Of a stretch of 64,000 nt of DNA, positions 55,276 through 64,000 are shown piece by piece. This DNA is from an uncultured Chloroflexia bacterium. Lineage in GTDB: Bacteria; Chloroflexota; Chloroflexia; Thermomicrobiales; JALYUS01. Position 1 is the stretch's first letter. Each line of letters starts with the position of its first letter. Made by a program: the position numbers and the translations under genes. The notes under the pieces are model-generated. The model searched no databases, had not been told where the DNA came from, and saw nothing but the letters and a program-made list of their open reading frames with translations. The stretch covers positions 6,133-70,132 of the forward strand of contig CAWJZC010000014.1 of the NCBI GenBank assembly GCA_963847195.1. The letters run 5' to 3'.

Positions 55276-57477
55276 GTGGCGCAGACGACCACTCTCCCCG
55301 TGCGCTCGACCTCGTTACGTCTCCCGCCCCGCGATGCTCCGTCCGCTTCCCATGCCGCCGGGCCGCCCGTCGTCCTCAAGGAGGGCGGCACGTTCCTCGT
55401 CGCGGATGCCTGCGGCGATATCACGGGCGCGCACGGTTTGGGGCTCTATGAGCACGACACGCGCTACCTGAGCCGTTTCGTCCTCACCGTCGACGGGCAC
55501 CGGCCCGCCGTGCGGACGACGACGCGGCCCGGCCCGGCGGTCGTTTCGACCCGTGCCGCCGCGAGGCGCTCATGCGACGACCGCCACCCGCTCATCGTCC
55601 ATCGCTCCGCCGTTGTGGATAGTGCGTTGCATGTCAATCTGACGCTACGCAATCCGGCGGCGGCGGCGCGGCGGGTGCGCGTGACGCTGACGATGGCGGC
55701 GGACTTCCGGGACATGTTCGCCGTGCGTGGCTTTTACGCCGGGAAGCGGCGGGGGACGACCCTGATGCCCGACGTCGATGATCGCACCGCCCGCTTCCGA
55801 TACGAGACGCTGGATGGGCTGCCGATCTGGACCGATGTACGCGCGAACCACACGCCCGCCCGCACGACGATGATCCATGCGGGGCATCACCGGCAAACTC
55901 CCGGCCTGCGCTGGACGTTCAGCATCGCCGTGCCCGCCGGTGGGCGCGAGGAACTCTCCTTTCTCGTCACTCCGGGGCGGGCGACCGAGGCGGCGGTCGA
56001 TCGCAGCATCACCGCCTCCCTGCACACCGCGCGTTCCCTCGCGCACCGATGGACGGACGAGATCGCCGCTGTCGAGACGGACAATCACGCCTTCAACCGC
56101 CTGCTGCGCCGCTCAGCGAGCGATCTGCGTGCCCTCCTGACGCCTTGCGCGGCGGGTGAAGTGGCGGCGGCGGGCATTCCCTGGTTCGTCGCGCCATTCG
56201 GGCGGGACTCGTGCATCACCGCGCTCGAATCGCTGATGCTGACGCCGCGCTTCGCGGTGGGTGCGCTCCGGGCGCTGGCGGCGTATCAGGGGACGGCGGT
56301 CAATGCTGCCCGCGACGAGGAGCCCGGCAAAATCCTGCACGAGATCCGCGTCGGCGAGCTGTCTCGCGCCGGGATCGTGCCTTTCTCCACCTACTACGGC
56401 AGCGTAGACAGCACGCCGCTCTTTGTGATGCTCTTCGCCCAGACGATGCGCTGGCTGGACGCCGACGCGCTCTACGACGACCTCCTGCCGAATGTGCGCC
56501 GCGCCCTCGCGTGGTGCGACACGTGGGGCGATCCCGACAGCGACGGCTACATCGAGTTCGGGCGGTACGCGCGCAACGGTGTCGCCAATCAAGCCTGGAA
56601 GGACAGTCACGACTCGCTCCACCACCCGGACGGCGCGGATGTGCTCCGGCCCGTCGCGGTCGCGGAGGCGCAAGCGTACGTGTACGCGGCGAAGGCGTGG
56701 CTGGCGGATGTCGTGGAGCGGCGCGGCGACCCGCTCTGGGCGGCGCAGTTGCGCGTCGAGGCGGCGGAACTCGCCGCCCGGTTCGAGCGCGATTTCTGGC
56801 TGCCGGAGGAAGGGTGCTACGCCTACGCGCTCGACGGCGCGAAGCGGCCCGTGCGTACCGTCGTCTCGAACGCCGGGCATCTGCTCTACTGCGATCTCGT
56901 GCGCGGGGATAAGGCGGAAATCCTCGCCGAACGTCTCCTCCGGCCGGATATGCTCTCCGGGTGGGGCGTCCGCACGCTCTCGGCGGACGCGGCGCGCTAC
57001 GACCCGGACAGTTACCACAACGGCAGCGTCTGGCCGCACGACAACGCGCTGATCGCCCTCGGCATGAGGCGGGCGGGGCAGGCACGGGCGGCAACCGCCG
57101 TTGCGGAGCAGGTGCTCGCGGCCGGGTTGTCGCAGCCGCTCTCGCGGATTCCCGAACTCTACGCGGGCTATGCGCGCACCGCCGAGACGGCGGCGCCCGT
57201 GCCCTATCCGGTCAGTTGCTCCCCGCAGGCATGGTCGGCGGCGAGCGCCTTCGCCTTCGTCCAGGCGATGCTCGGGCTCGATGTGGACGGCTGGACGGGC
57301 GAGATCGCCTGCGCGCCGCACCTACCGGATTGGCTTTCACACGTCCGCGTACGCGGCCTGCGCTATGGCCGGACCCACGCGGATATCGACGTGCGACGCG
57401 ACGGCCCCGGCGCCTATCGCATCGTCATTACCCGCGCGGACGGCGTGCAAACGGACTACGCTGCGTCCGAAGCGTGA
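55276..57477 (+). CDS. Amylo-alpha-1,6-glucosidase / glycogen-debranching-enzyme-like protein
   Basis: VLKEGGTFLVADACGDI..GLYEHDTRYLSRF.., IPWFVAPFGRDSCITALE.., GKILHEIRVGEL..YYGSVDSTPLFVML.., NQAWKDSHDS.., YHNGSVWPHDNALIALG. GTG start. Confidence 0.88.
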   Translation: MAQTTTLPVRSTSLRLPPRDAPSASHAAGPPVVLKEGGTFLVADACGDITGAHGLGLYEHDTRYLSRFVLTVDGHRPAVRTTTRPGPAVVSTRAAARRSCDDRHPLIVHRSAVVDSALHVNLTLRNPAAAARRVRVTLTMAADFRDMFAVRGFYAGKRRGTTLMPDVDDRTARFRYETLDGLPIWTDVRANHTPARTTMIHAGHHRQTPGLRWTFSIAVPAGGREELSFLVTPGRATEAAVDRSITASLHTARSLAHRWTDEIAAVETDNHAFNRLLRRSASDLRALLTPCAAGEVAAAGIPWFVAPFGRDSCITALESLMLTPRFAVGALRALAAYQGTAVNAARDEEPGKILHEIRVGELSRAGIVPFSTYYGSVDSTPLFVMLFAQTMRWLDADALYDDLLPNVRRALAWCDTWGDPDSDGYIEFGRYARNGVANQAWKDSHDSLHHPDGADVLRPVAVAEAQAYVYAAKAWLADVVERRGDPLWAAQLRVEAAELAARFERDFWLPEEGCYAYALDGAKRPVRTVVSNAGHLLYCDLVRGDKAEILAERLLRPDMLSGWGVRTLSADAARYDPDSYHNGSVWPHDNALIALGMRRAGQARAATAVAEQVLAAGLSQPLSRIPELYAGYARTAETAAPVPYPVSCSPQAWSAASAFAFVQAMLGLDVDGWTGEIACAPHLPDWLSHVRVRGLRYGRTHADIDVRRDGPGAYRIVITRADGVQTDYAASEA

Positions 57478-57526
57478 CGGGCACGGGCGCATACGGTGGA
57501 CCGCAAGATTTTTTGGGCTGGCGGAG

Positions 57527-58648
57527 TCAATCGTCGGCCGCCACCTCGCGCTGATCGGCGGCGTGCGTGGCCCCGGCGCGGAGAGATGAGTAATCCCCCA
57601 TCCGCTCGTTGATCAGGCGATCGTAGAGTCGCTCGTAGCCGATCGCCATCGAGCGGGCCGAGAAATGCTGCTCCACTTGCGTGCGGCACGTCATGCGGTC
57701 AATCTCGCCGAGATGCCCCGCCGCTTCCACCAGGCCGTCTACCGTCGGTCGGATGAAGCCGGTGACACCGTCCACCACGATCTCGGGCACGGAGCCGCAC
57801 GGCGTCGCGAGGACGGGCGTGCCACACGCCATCGCCTCCGTCATCGTCAGGCCGAATGGCTCCGGCCACTGGATCGGGAAGAGGAGCGCGCGGGCATTGC
57901 CGAGGAATTCGCTCTTCTCGCCGTCGCCGATCTCACCGACCCAGTCGATGAATGTCCCGTCGATGTGATCCTTGACGAGATCGAAATATTCGGGATGGTC
58001 GTCGTCCACCTTCGCGGCGATTTTGAGGGGGATGCCGGTGCGCTTGGCGATCGCAATCGCCTCGCTGATCCCCTTGTCCGGCGAAATGCGACCGAGGAAG
58101 GCGAGGTAGCCGCCGCTGCCGTCACCGAGATGGAGATGCTGCAGGTCGATGCCGTGGTAGACGTTGCCGATCCAGCGCGCCTGGGGCAGTGGCCGCTGCT
58201 GGTGCCGGCTGATCGAGTTCACGGCGGCATCCGGGTAGGCATCGAAAATGAGCGGCAGGGTCGGCAGGTCGAGCCGTCCGTGCATCGTCGTCAAGACAGG
58301 TGTCCGCACGAGCCGTGTGAACGGGAAAGTGAAGAAGTCGACATGGCTGTGGATGACATCGAACTCCTCGGCGCGCTCGAAAACGCGGCCGAGTTCGAGC
58401 ATCTGCGGCGGGTGGATGTCGCGCGGCATTTCCAGTCCGGGCAGCAGGCGCAGGCCGGAGGACACAAGCGGCACGAGCGTCGCCAGCGTCTCGGAGTCGC
58501 CGGTGGCGAAGAGCGTCACATCATGACCGCGCCGCACCAGTTCGTCGCTGAGCGCCGCGACGACGCGCTCGGTGCCGCCGTACTTCAGCGGCGGCACACG
58601 CTCGGCCAATGGCGCGATCTGCGCGATCCTCAATCCGGTTCTGTTCAT
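57527..58648 (-). CDS. GT4-family glycosyltransferase
   Basis: LRIAQIAPLAERVPPLKYGGTERVVAALSDELVRRGHDVTLFA..FLGRISPDKG..WPEPFGLTMTEAMACGTPVLATPCGSVPEIVVDGVTGF. Confidence 0.9.
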   Translation of the reverse strand: MNRTGLRIAQIAPLAERVPPLKYGGTERVVAALSDELVRRGHDVTLFATGDSETLATLVPLVSSGLRLLPGLEMPRDIHPPQMLELGRVFERAEEFDVIHSHVDFFTFPFTRLVRTPVLTTMHGRLDLPTLPLIFDAYPDAAVNSISRHQQRPLPQARWIGNVYHGIDLQHLHLGDGSGGYLAFLGRISPDKGISEAIAIAKRTGIPLKIAAKVDDDHPEYFDLVKDHIDGTFIDWVGEIGDGEKSEFLGNARALLFPIQWPEPFGLTMTEAMACGTPVLATPCGSVPEIVVDGVTGFIRPTVDGLVEAAGHLGEIDRMTCRTQVEQHFSARSMAIGYERLYDRLINERMGDYSSLRAGATHAADQREVAADD

Positions 58649-59874
58649 GGCCCCTCTCCCTCGAGAAAGCGTACCGCGATCTCATCCGCGAAGAGTCGCG
58701 CCTCCGCGGTGAGTGCGATCCGTCCGTCAGTGCGGGTAACAAAGCCCCGTGCTACGTATTCCGCGATCTGACGACCGTATATCGCATCAATAGTACATTC
58801 GTGCCGGAGCAGGAATGCACTTTCCGAGATTCCTTCTGCAAGACGCATTCCAAGAAGCATCGTTTCCGCGCGTGCGGTGGCCTCCGAAAGCGTCTCCGCG
58901 TCCGCTTCGACACTGCCTTCGGAGACGCCGCTCAGGTATGCGTGGAGATCGCGCACATTCCACCAGCGACGGTTCGCCCGGTGGCTGTGCGCGCCGACGC
59001 CGAAGCCGAGATAGTCCCCGTTGACCCAATAGCCGCAGTTGTGGCGCGAGCGGTGGCCGGGGCGGGCGTAGTTTGAGGTCTCGTAGTGGTGATAGCCCGC
59101 TTCGGCGAGCAGCGCATCGGCGGCGAGGAACATATCCGCGTAGAGGTCGTCGTCCGCGACACGAGCGGCGCCGACCGCGACGGCACGGGCGAGCGGCGTC
59201 CCTTCCTCGACGGTCAATGCGTAGGCGGAAACGTGATCGGGGTGCTGGGCAATAGCGGTGCGGAGATCGTCCCGCCACTCTTCCTCCGTCTGGTCTTGCC
59301 AGCCGAAGATGAGGTCCGCGCTGACACTGTCGAACCCGGCGGCGCGGGCGTTCGCAATTGCCTCCCGGCCATCCTCCGGCGTATGCAACCGACCGAGCGC
59401 CGCGAGGCCGCGCGCGTTGAAGGTTTGCACACCGAGCGAGAGGCGCGTCACCCCCGCCGCGCGGAAACCGGCGAGGTGGCGGGGGCGCAACGGGCCGGGG
59501 TTCGCCTCCAGCGTCACTTCCGCGCCGGGCTGCACGTCGAACACCGCGTTGATCGTCGCGAGGATACGGCCGATCTGTTTGGCGGGTAGCAGCGATGGCG
59601 TGCCGCCGCCGAGAAAGATCGTGGCGACCGGCGGATTGGGCGCGTGGCGTGTGGCGCCCTGTCTGATCTCCGCGCAGAGCGCATCGACGTACGCGGGCGC
59701 GATGTGCAGCATCCCCTCCACGACCGCGAAATCACAATACGGGCAATGTTTCTGGCAGAAAGGGATGTGGACGTAGATACCGATCTGCGTCCCGGTGTCG
59801 ATGATCGGTACGTCGGCAATCATATCCGGGATCGTCGCCCACCCGATGCCGCGTCTTGCGCTAATGTCAAGCAT
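58645..59874 (-). CDS. hemW: Radical-SAM heme chaperone HemW (oxygen-independent coproporphyrinogen oxidase-like)
   Basis: IGIYVHIPFCQKHCPYCDFAV..TIFLGGGTPSLL..LSLGVQTF..YHHYETSNYARPGHRSRHNCGYW. An ATG at 59823 is an alternative start. Confidence 0.88.
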   Translation of the reverse strand: MLDISARRGIGWATIPDMIADVPIIDTGTQIGIYVHIPFCQKHCPYCDFAVVEGMLHIAPAYVDALCAEIRQGATRHAPNPPVATIFLGGGTPSLLPAKQIGRILATINAVFDVQPGAEVTLEANPGPLRPRHLAGFRAAGVTRLSLGVQTFNARGLAALGRLHTPEDGREAIANARAAGFDSVSADLIFGWQDQTEEEWRDDLRTAIAQHPDHVSAYALTVEEGTPLARAVAVGAARVADDDLYADMFLAADALLAEAGYHHYETSNYARPGHRSRHNCGYWVNGDYLGFGVGAHSHRANRRWWNVRDLHAYLSGVSEGSVEADAETLSEATARAETMLLGMRLAEGISESAFLLRHECTIDAIYGRQIAEYVARGFVTRTDGRIALTAEARLFADEIAVRFLEGEGP

Positions 59875-59876
59875 GA

Positions 59877-60104
59877 CTACGATACAAACGCCGGTTGCTG
59901 CACCTCGACAGTTTCCCCGAAAGACTCCGATTCCGGGAGAGGATCGCCATCCTCAATCATGGCATGAACATGCATATCCAAAGCGCCATGAATGTTTTCG
60001 CGCACTTCTTCAAGGGTTCGTCCCGTTGCCACGCAACCAGGGAGATCGGGCACATAGGCGGAGTAGTTGCGCGGTCCGGCGGTAATAACGACAGCGTAGT
60101 GCAT
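59877..60104 (-). CDS. hicB: HicB-family type II antitoxin
   Basis: MHYAVVITAGPRNYSAYVPDLPGCVATGRTLEEVRENIHGALDMHVHAMIEDGDPLPE. Confidence 0.88.
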   Translation of the reverse strand: MHYAVVITAGPRNYSAYVPDLPGCVATGRTLEEVRENIHGALDMHVHAMIEDGDPLPESESFGETVEVQQPAFVS

Positions 60105-60116
60105 CAGGGTTTCTCC

Positions 60117-60302
60117 TCATCTCCAACTAGCTTGCTCTTGAATGCTTTTCCATGTTTTATGGTCGAGTTCCTCATTCGGATGGCCCGCGACTGTCACTTT
60201 GCCTTTCTTTTCTGGATGTCTATACTGGCGGTGGCTACCCTTCTGGTCCTTCAGGTACCATCCATCGTCCAGGAGCCGTCTGATGGCATCCCGCACTTTC
60301 AT
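60117..60302 (-). CDS. hicA: HicA-family type II toxin (mRNA interferase)
   Basis: MKVRDAIRRLLDDGWYLKDQKGSHRQYRHPEKKGKVTVAGHPNEELDHKTWKSIQEQA. It lies 12 nt upstream of hicB. Confidence 0.88.
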   Translation of the reverse strand: MKVRDAIRRLLDDGWYLKDQKGSHRQYRHPEKKGKVTVAGHPNEELDHKTWKSIQEQASWR

Positions 60303-60372
60303 TCTTTAAGCCGCGATTGCCGCACTGTCAAGGTCGCGCCTCTCTGCTCAGCAACATTCATCACGCCCCGGC

Positions 60373-61860
60373 CTAACGCGGTGGGTCGTGATCGGTCGGG
60401 CGCGGACTGTCGCTCGCGATGGCGTTGAAGGCGGCTTCGGCCGCTGCGGCTTCGGCGGCGGTCGCCGGGTGATTGCGGTAGCGCGCAGCACGATAGACAT
60501 CGGTGATCGTCAGGAGGGGTGTTTCCGCGTGCGGGTAGACGTTTCGGAGCGGCGGCACATGCTCCCGTGGCGCGGCGGATGGCGCGCGCGGTACACCGGC
60601 CCGCGCGCCACGATGCAGGAGCCGCGAGTAGAGGGTGCGGATTTTCAGGGTGTGCTGCCATTGCGGGTCGCCGCGCAGCTCCGCCCACGGGTCCACGCCC
60701 TTGCGGCGCAGGCGGTTGGCGAGGTTGGCGAGCATCCCCTTCAGGCCCGCACCGACCTCGTTCCAGTCCATCACCGACTCGCGCTCCTCGCTGCCGCGCT
60801 GCCGTCGCGTCGGCCGGCGGAAGAGGAAGCGGCTGAGTATCCAGACGATTGCCACGAGCACCAATGCGAGCAGGGCGAACCGGAAGACATCCGGCAGGCT
60901 GCCGACTTTATGATTCACCTGATCCGCCGCTTGCCGGGGCGGCGTCGACAGGACCGGCAACTGCCCGACCCTTCCGCCCGTCACCCGATTGACGAGCGAA
61001 CTGAGCACGAGATAGAAGAGATACGCGATCCAACTGATCACCGCGATGATCGCTTCGAGGATGAGATTGAGCACGAAAAAAACCGGACGGAGGATGGCGG
61101 CGACGGTCTTCAGGAAGGTGTGCGAGAGGATCGCCGCCGCGAGCAGCCCGACAATCAGGATGATCGCCACGGGCAGGACGAGCGGCCCGATCCACTGCGG
61201 CCCGAACCGGCCCTGCGCCCGCAGCCCTTCGATCTGCAAGCGCGCGAGCGTCACCGCGCTCAGGGCGAAGAAGAAGAAGCCGATGACGAGGATGCGCGCA
61301 TACACACGCCCCGGCGATTGCGCCTCCTGCGCGGTGACGATGAGGATTGTCGTCACCGCGACAACAATCACGCCGATACGTAGCATCGTGTAGGTCGTGT
61401 CGAGCGACGGCGTCTCGCGCAACCGCCCGCGCGCCCATGCGTAGACGACGACGATCGTCACCAGCCAGACGGACGTCTGCGCGGTCGTCGGGCGGAAGAT
61501 GTAGGCGTGCGCCGCCTCGCGCAACCAGGCCAGGTCCCAGGGCGCATAGTGCGGGAAGGCGGCGGCGTAGAGGAGCAAGAGGAGCGTCGCGATGACGCCC
61601 GCGCCGATTGCCACCTCGTAATCAGGGCTCCACAACTGGAAGGCATCGACGAGGCGCGGGATGGTCGCCGCCAGCAGCATCACCGCGAGGATTGCCAGGG
61701 GATTGATGCCGCCCGTGCCGCGGTCGGAGACCGCGCCGGGCGCCTCGATCAGCCCGACAACGAGCGCGACGAGCATCGACTCGGCGGAGATGAGCGCGAA
61801 ACTGAGCGCGGCGGTGCGCCATTCCCACGTTTTCAGGAGGCGGGCGAGATAGGTGGTCAT
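60373..61860 (-). CDS. Polytopic membrane protein with a C-terminal DUF4129-like domain (third gene of the MoxR operon)
   Basis: There are about 8 or more hydrophobic segments, then ..TLKIRTLYSRLLHRGARAGVPRAPSAAPREHV..LLTITDVYRAARYRNHPATAAEAAAAEAAF. The ATG overlaps the DUF58 stop (ATGA). Confidence 0.75.
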   Translation of the reverse strand: MTTYLARLLKTWEWRTAALSFALISAESMLVALVVGLIEAPGAVSDRGTGGINPLAILAVMLLAATIPRLVDAFQLWSPDYEVAIGAGVIATLLLLLYAAAFPHYAPWDLAWLREAAHAYIFRPTTAQTSVWLVTIVVVYAWARGRLRETPSLDTTYTMLRIGVIVVAVTTILIVTAQEAQSPGRVYARILVIGFFFFALSAVTLARLQIEGLRAQGRFGPQWIGPLVLPVAIILIVGLLAAAILSHTFLKTVAAILRPVFFVLNLILEAIIAVISWIAYLFYLVLSSLVNRVTGGRVGQLPVLSTPPRQAADQVNHKVGSLPDVFRFALLALVLVAIVWILSRFLFRRPTRRQRGSEERESVMDWNEVGAGLKGMLANLANRLRRKGVDPWAELRGDPQWQHTLKIRTLYSRLLHRGARAGVPRAPSAAPREHVPPLRNVYPHAETPLLTITDVYRAARYRNHPATAAEAAAAEAAFNAIASDSPRPTDHDPPR

Positions 61861-63107
61861 CCGGCCGCCTCCTCGGGCTGCGCGATCACCGGCTTCGTCG
61901 CCGCCGCGACCGCTTGCCACGGCAGGCGATGGACGACGACCCCCGCCAACCCCGGATCATCGACGAAGCCGAGGGCGACAATCACCACCCGCAGCCCGCG
62001 CTGCACCAGTTTCGCCAGCGCGCCGCGCAATGCGTCGGTCATCGTCATCGTCACGACGATCACGGTGCTCCCCCACGGGAAGCGCGGCGACTCCTCCTCC
62101 AATGTGCCGGCGATGTTCACATAGGTGAAGGGCGTCAGGCGGGCGAGCCCTTCGAGGATGCGGGCGTACTGATCCTCGCGCCGCCCCGGTGGGATGCGGA
62201 GCATCTGATCGGTCTGGGCGAGCAGCCCGTTGGCGAAGATGCCGACGGCGAACTTCTCAGCGTCCGCCCACTGCGCGATGGAGGCGGAGACGCTGATCGC
62301 CCGTTCGAGGTGCTCTTGATCGACGCCCTCGTAGTAGCGCGTGACGGTGTCGAGATTGAGGAAGATGGCGATCTGGAGATTCGCCGTCGGCTCGTAGACC
62401 TTCGTCTGGTATGTGCCCGCGCGCGCCGATGCCTTCCAGTGGATCGCCTTGAAGGGGTCTTCCGGGCGATATTCGCGCGTGCCGATCGTCCGGGTCGGGT
62501 CGGTAATCACGGTGCGGCGCACATTCGTCTCACCGAGCAGATGGCGCGGCGGCAGCCCGAGTTCCTCCATCGTCACGAGGCGCGGATAGACGGTCAGGTA
62601 GTGCTCGCCGGGGAGCGAGAGCCGGTCGGCGAAGAAGCCGAAGGGATCGCCCGCGCGGACGGTGACGGGGCCGACGCGGTAGTAGCCGCGCTGCGGGCAT
62701 TCGAGCGTCAGATGCCAGGTGATCCGCTCGTACCAGCGGAGGGCGGTGAAGAAGGAGACGATCTGCGTGCCCGGCGACTCCGATTGGAATGCCTCCCAAT
62801 CGCGCACGCGAATGCGCGCCGCAACGGCGTCCTCGACGCGCACCCAGGGCATCGGCAGCAGTTTCTTGTTCGTCATCCGCAGCGTGAGATGGAGCGCCTC
62901 CCCCGCGAAGCAGCGGTCGGCGTCCGTCTGGCGCTCGAAGACGAGGCGATCCAGCACATGCTTGTTCCAGAACCACGAGAGGGCGAGCGTGAGCAGCGTG
63001 ATCGTGCCGATCACCGTCACGGTGGGTTGGCCGAGGATCATCCCGAAGAGGACGACGACAATCGACCCCGTCACCCACGCCTGCCCGTAGATCGCCCCGG
63101 TGCCCAT
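61857..63107 (-). CDS. DUF58 domain protein (vWA-like, MoxR-associated)
   Basis: Two N-terminal TM segments, then RGYYRVGPVTVRAGDPFGFF..GTREYRPEDPFKAIHWKASARAGTYQTKVYEPTANLQIAIFLN. Confidence 0.88.
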   Translation of the reverse strand: MGTGAIYGQAWVTGSIVVVLFGMILGQPTVTVIGTITLLTLALSWFWNKHVLDRLVFERQTDADRCFAGEALHLTLRMTNKKLLPMPWVRVEDAVAARIRVRDWEAFQSESPGTQIVSFFTALRWYERITWHLTLECPQRGYYRVGPVTVRAGDPFGFFADRLSLPGEHYLTVYPRLVTMEELGLPPRHLLGETNVRRTVITDPTRTIGTREYRPEDPFKAIHWKASARAGTYQTKVYEPTANLQIAIFLNLDTVTRYYEGVDQEHLERAISVSASIAQWADAEKFAVGIFANGLLAQTDQMLRIPPGRREDQYARILEGLARLTPFTYVNIAGTLEEESPRFPWGSTVIVVTMTMTDALRGALAKLVQRGLRVVIVALGFVDDPGLAGVVVHRLPWQAVAAATKPVIAQPEEAAG

Positions 63108-63109
63108 CG

Positions 63110-64000
63110 CTAGACGGCCTCGACCGGCACGGGAATTTGCGCCACGATATCGCGCAGAATGCTCTCGATGGTGCGGCCGCGCAAGCGACTCTCCGACGAG
63201 AGGATGATGCGGTGGATGAGGACCGGCGCCCAGAGCGCCTTGATGTCCTCCGGCGTCACATAATCGCGCCCGCGCACGGCGGCATACGCCTGCGAAGCGC
63301 GATAGAGGGCGAGCGAGCCGCGCGGCGAGGCGCCGAGTGCGATCGACTCATGGCCGCGCGTCGCGCGCACGAGCCGGGTGATGTACTGACGCAGTTCGTC
63401 ATCGACATGGACAGCGCGCACCTCCCGCTGCAACGAGGGAAAGTCGGCGATCTCGCCGACCGGCTGCAGGTCCGCCAGCGGATTGTTGCCCTGAAAGCGC
63501 GTGAGGATGGCCGCCTCGTCGTCTTCGTCCGGGTAGCCGATCTTTAGTTTGAGGAAGAAGCGGTCTAGTTGCGCCTCCGGCAGCGGGAAGGTGCCTTCCA
63601 GTTCGATCGGGTTCTCCGTCGCGATGAGCAGGAAGGGGCGCGGCAGGGGCATCGTCTCGTTCTCGACCGTGACCGTCCGCTCCTCCATCGCCTCAAGGAG
63701 CGCCGACTGGGTGCGCGGCGTGGCGCGGTTGATCTCGTCCGCCAGGACGATATTGCCGAAGACCGGGCCGGGGCGGAACTGGAATTCCTGCTCGCGCTGG
63801 TTGAAGTAGGTCAGGCCGCTGATGTCGGATGGCAGAAGGTCCGGCGTGCATTGGATGCGCCGGAAATCGCCGCCAATGGCGCGGGCGAGCGCGCGGGCGA
63901 GCGTCGTCTTGCCAACACCGGGGACATCTTCGAGGAGAATATGCCCCTCGCAGAGCAGCGCCACGAGCGCGAGGTCGACGACCTCGCGCTTGCCCACAAT
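63110..64000 (-). CDS. MoxR-family AAA+ ATPase (the N-terminus runs off the window end)
   Basis: HILLEDVPGVGKTTLARALA..GPVFGNIVLADEINRATPRTQSALLEAMEERTVTV..FLLIATENPIELEGTFPLPEAQLDRF. Confidence 0.92.
   Translation of the reverse strand: MVGKREVVDLALVALLCEGHILLEDVPGVGKTTLARALARAIGGDFRRIQCTPDLLPSDISGLTYFNQREQEFQFRPGPVFGNIVLADEINRATPRTQSALLEAMEERTVTVENETMPLPRPFLLIATENPIELEGTFPLPEAQLDRFFLKLKIGYPDEDDEAAILTRFQGNNPLADLQPVGEIADFPSLQREVRAVHVDDELRQYITRLVRATRGHESIALGASPRGSLALYRASQAYAAVRGRDYVTPEDIKALWAPVLIHRIILSSESRLRGRTIESILRDIVAQIPVPVEAV

Noticed and set aside
1-64000. tRNA, rRNA or tmRNA genes
   Set aside because: Scanning the intergenic regions by eye gave no T-arm-like GGTTCGAAT/GGTTCAAAT context outside coding frames and no rRNA-like stretches. 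tRNAscan or Infernal should confirm.

Overview
High-G+C (about two-thirds G+C by eye) bacterial chromosomal segment, densely coding on both strands, with about 58 protein genes. I recognised no rRNA, tRNA or CRISPR array. Most content is housekeeping or metabolic: rplU-rpmA-rpmE, rimO, yajQ, crcB, coaBC, HU, pyrF, ltaE, gcvPB, hemW, kynU, a TPP-dependent E1 alpha/beta pair, an M24 peptidase, a CoxL-like molybdoenzyme, a glycogen-debranching-type enzyme, a GT4 glycosyltransferase and a MoxR-DUF58-DUF4129 operon. A CoA-dependent anthranilate/salicylate-type catabolic cluster lies at 6.6-13.1 kb. Accessory content includes a decayed ISKra4-like IS with perfect 25-bp inverted ends, hicAB, an orphan Phd/YefM antitoxin, a DUF6883/DUF4926 pair and an orphan Dam-like methyltransferase. 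Intergenic regions carry several families of hairpin repeats; the repeat style and IS type suggest Chloroflexota, but that is a low-confidence inference. The standout is 13.36-19.89 kb. There a WYL-type regulator is divergent from a two-gene operon encoding a 311-aa protein of unknown function and a 1454-aa fusion of a Cas4/RecB-type Fe-S nuclease, an RNase-H-like segment and an SF1 Upf1/Dna2-like helicase. I do not recognise this combination as any named defence system. Caveat: roughly 40 reading-frame breaks (by-eye count) cluster in certain stretches and hit essential genes (pyrF, coaBC, HU, FtsH-like). I therefore treat them as probable assembly indels and give the broken genes as single CDS spans with approximate break positions. 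All family assignments come from motif recognition by eye; no searches were run.
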